From NCBI GenBank assembly GCA_021613535.1, contig CP075492.1, positions 17,174,001-17,238,000 of the forward strand: 64,000 nt of DNA. The letters are read 5' to 3'. Of this stretch, positions 63,791 through 64,000 are shown piece after piece. The translations under genes were made by a program, and so were the position numbers. This DNA is from Adineta vaga. Its lineage: Eukaryota; Animalia; Rotifera. A model generated the notes under the pieces. That model searched no databases and was not told the DNA's origin. It worked only from the letters and a program-made list of their open reading frames with translations. The stretch's first letter is position 1. Every line of letters begins with the position of its first letter.

Positions 63791-63826
63791 TTGAGGGTGG
63801 TTGTTGGTGATCATTCATACCTTCAA
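63791..63826. repeat. Palindrome P24
   Basis: TTGAGGGTGG-TTGTTGGTGATCATT-CATACCTTCAA. Confidence 0.65.
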
Positions 63827-64000
63827 TCTACATTCACAGCCTTACAAACCCTTAAGAATGAATATAAGAAAAAATTTGAAAAAGAAACTAAACATTCAAT
63901 TGCATTATATATTAGACGAGAATAAATATCAAATTTATTTATTATTATGAATTGACAATTCGAGTGTAACATTCAGAAAACTATAAACAATTTTGGAATG

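Noticed and set aside
472-63826. CRISPR array interpretation of the repeats
   Set aside because: Copies are kilobases apart and separated by intron-containing genes; no cas genes; eukaryotic context.
1-64000. Integrase, recombinase, reverse transcriptase, rRNA or tRNA genes
   Set aside because: None recognisable in the ORF track or by reading the sequence.

Overview
AT-rich eukaryotic DNA with many short (~45-65 nt) GT-AG introns. The gene families (ADP-ribosyltransferase-TPR, F-box/LRR-like, NHL, LDLa/EGF-GPCR, orphan GPCRs, fungal/plant-like enzymes) point to a bdelloid rotifer; this is inference. The window holds about 27 unrelated accessory, defence or detoxification genes and pseudogenes in mixed orientation, four non-autonomous DNA elements and one ~650-bp duplication. 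The main unexplained signal is a family of about 25 short (30-90 bp) imperfect palindromes, consensus (C)TTGAGGGTGTGGGTGTG-[variable 15-35 nt]-CACACCCACACCCTCAA(G). They lie only between genes and divide the window into units of one or two genes. The arms are built from TGAGGG/TGTGGG hexamers, the telomeric repeats reported for bdelloids, in end-to-end fusion orientation. One copy sits exactly where a coding sequence is cut, and another ends a duplication. This suggests they are junction sites of a eukaryotic gene-cassette array, similar to integron attC sites or to fused telomere-capped fragments. No recombinase or transposase is visible in the window, so the mechanism is untested. Coordinates were read by eye and may be a few nt off.
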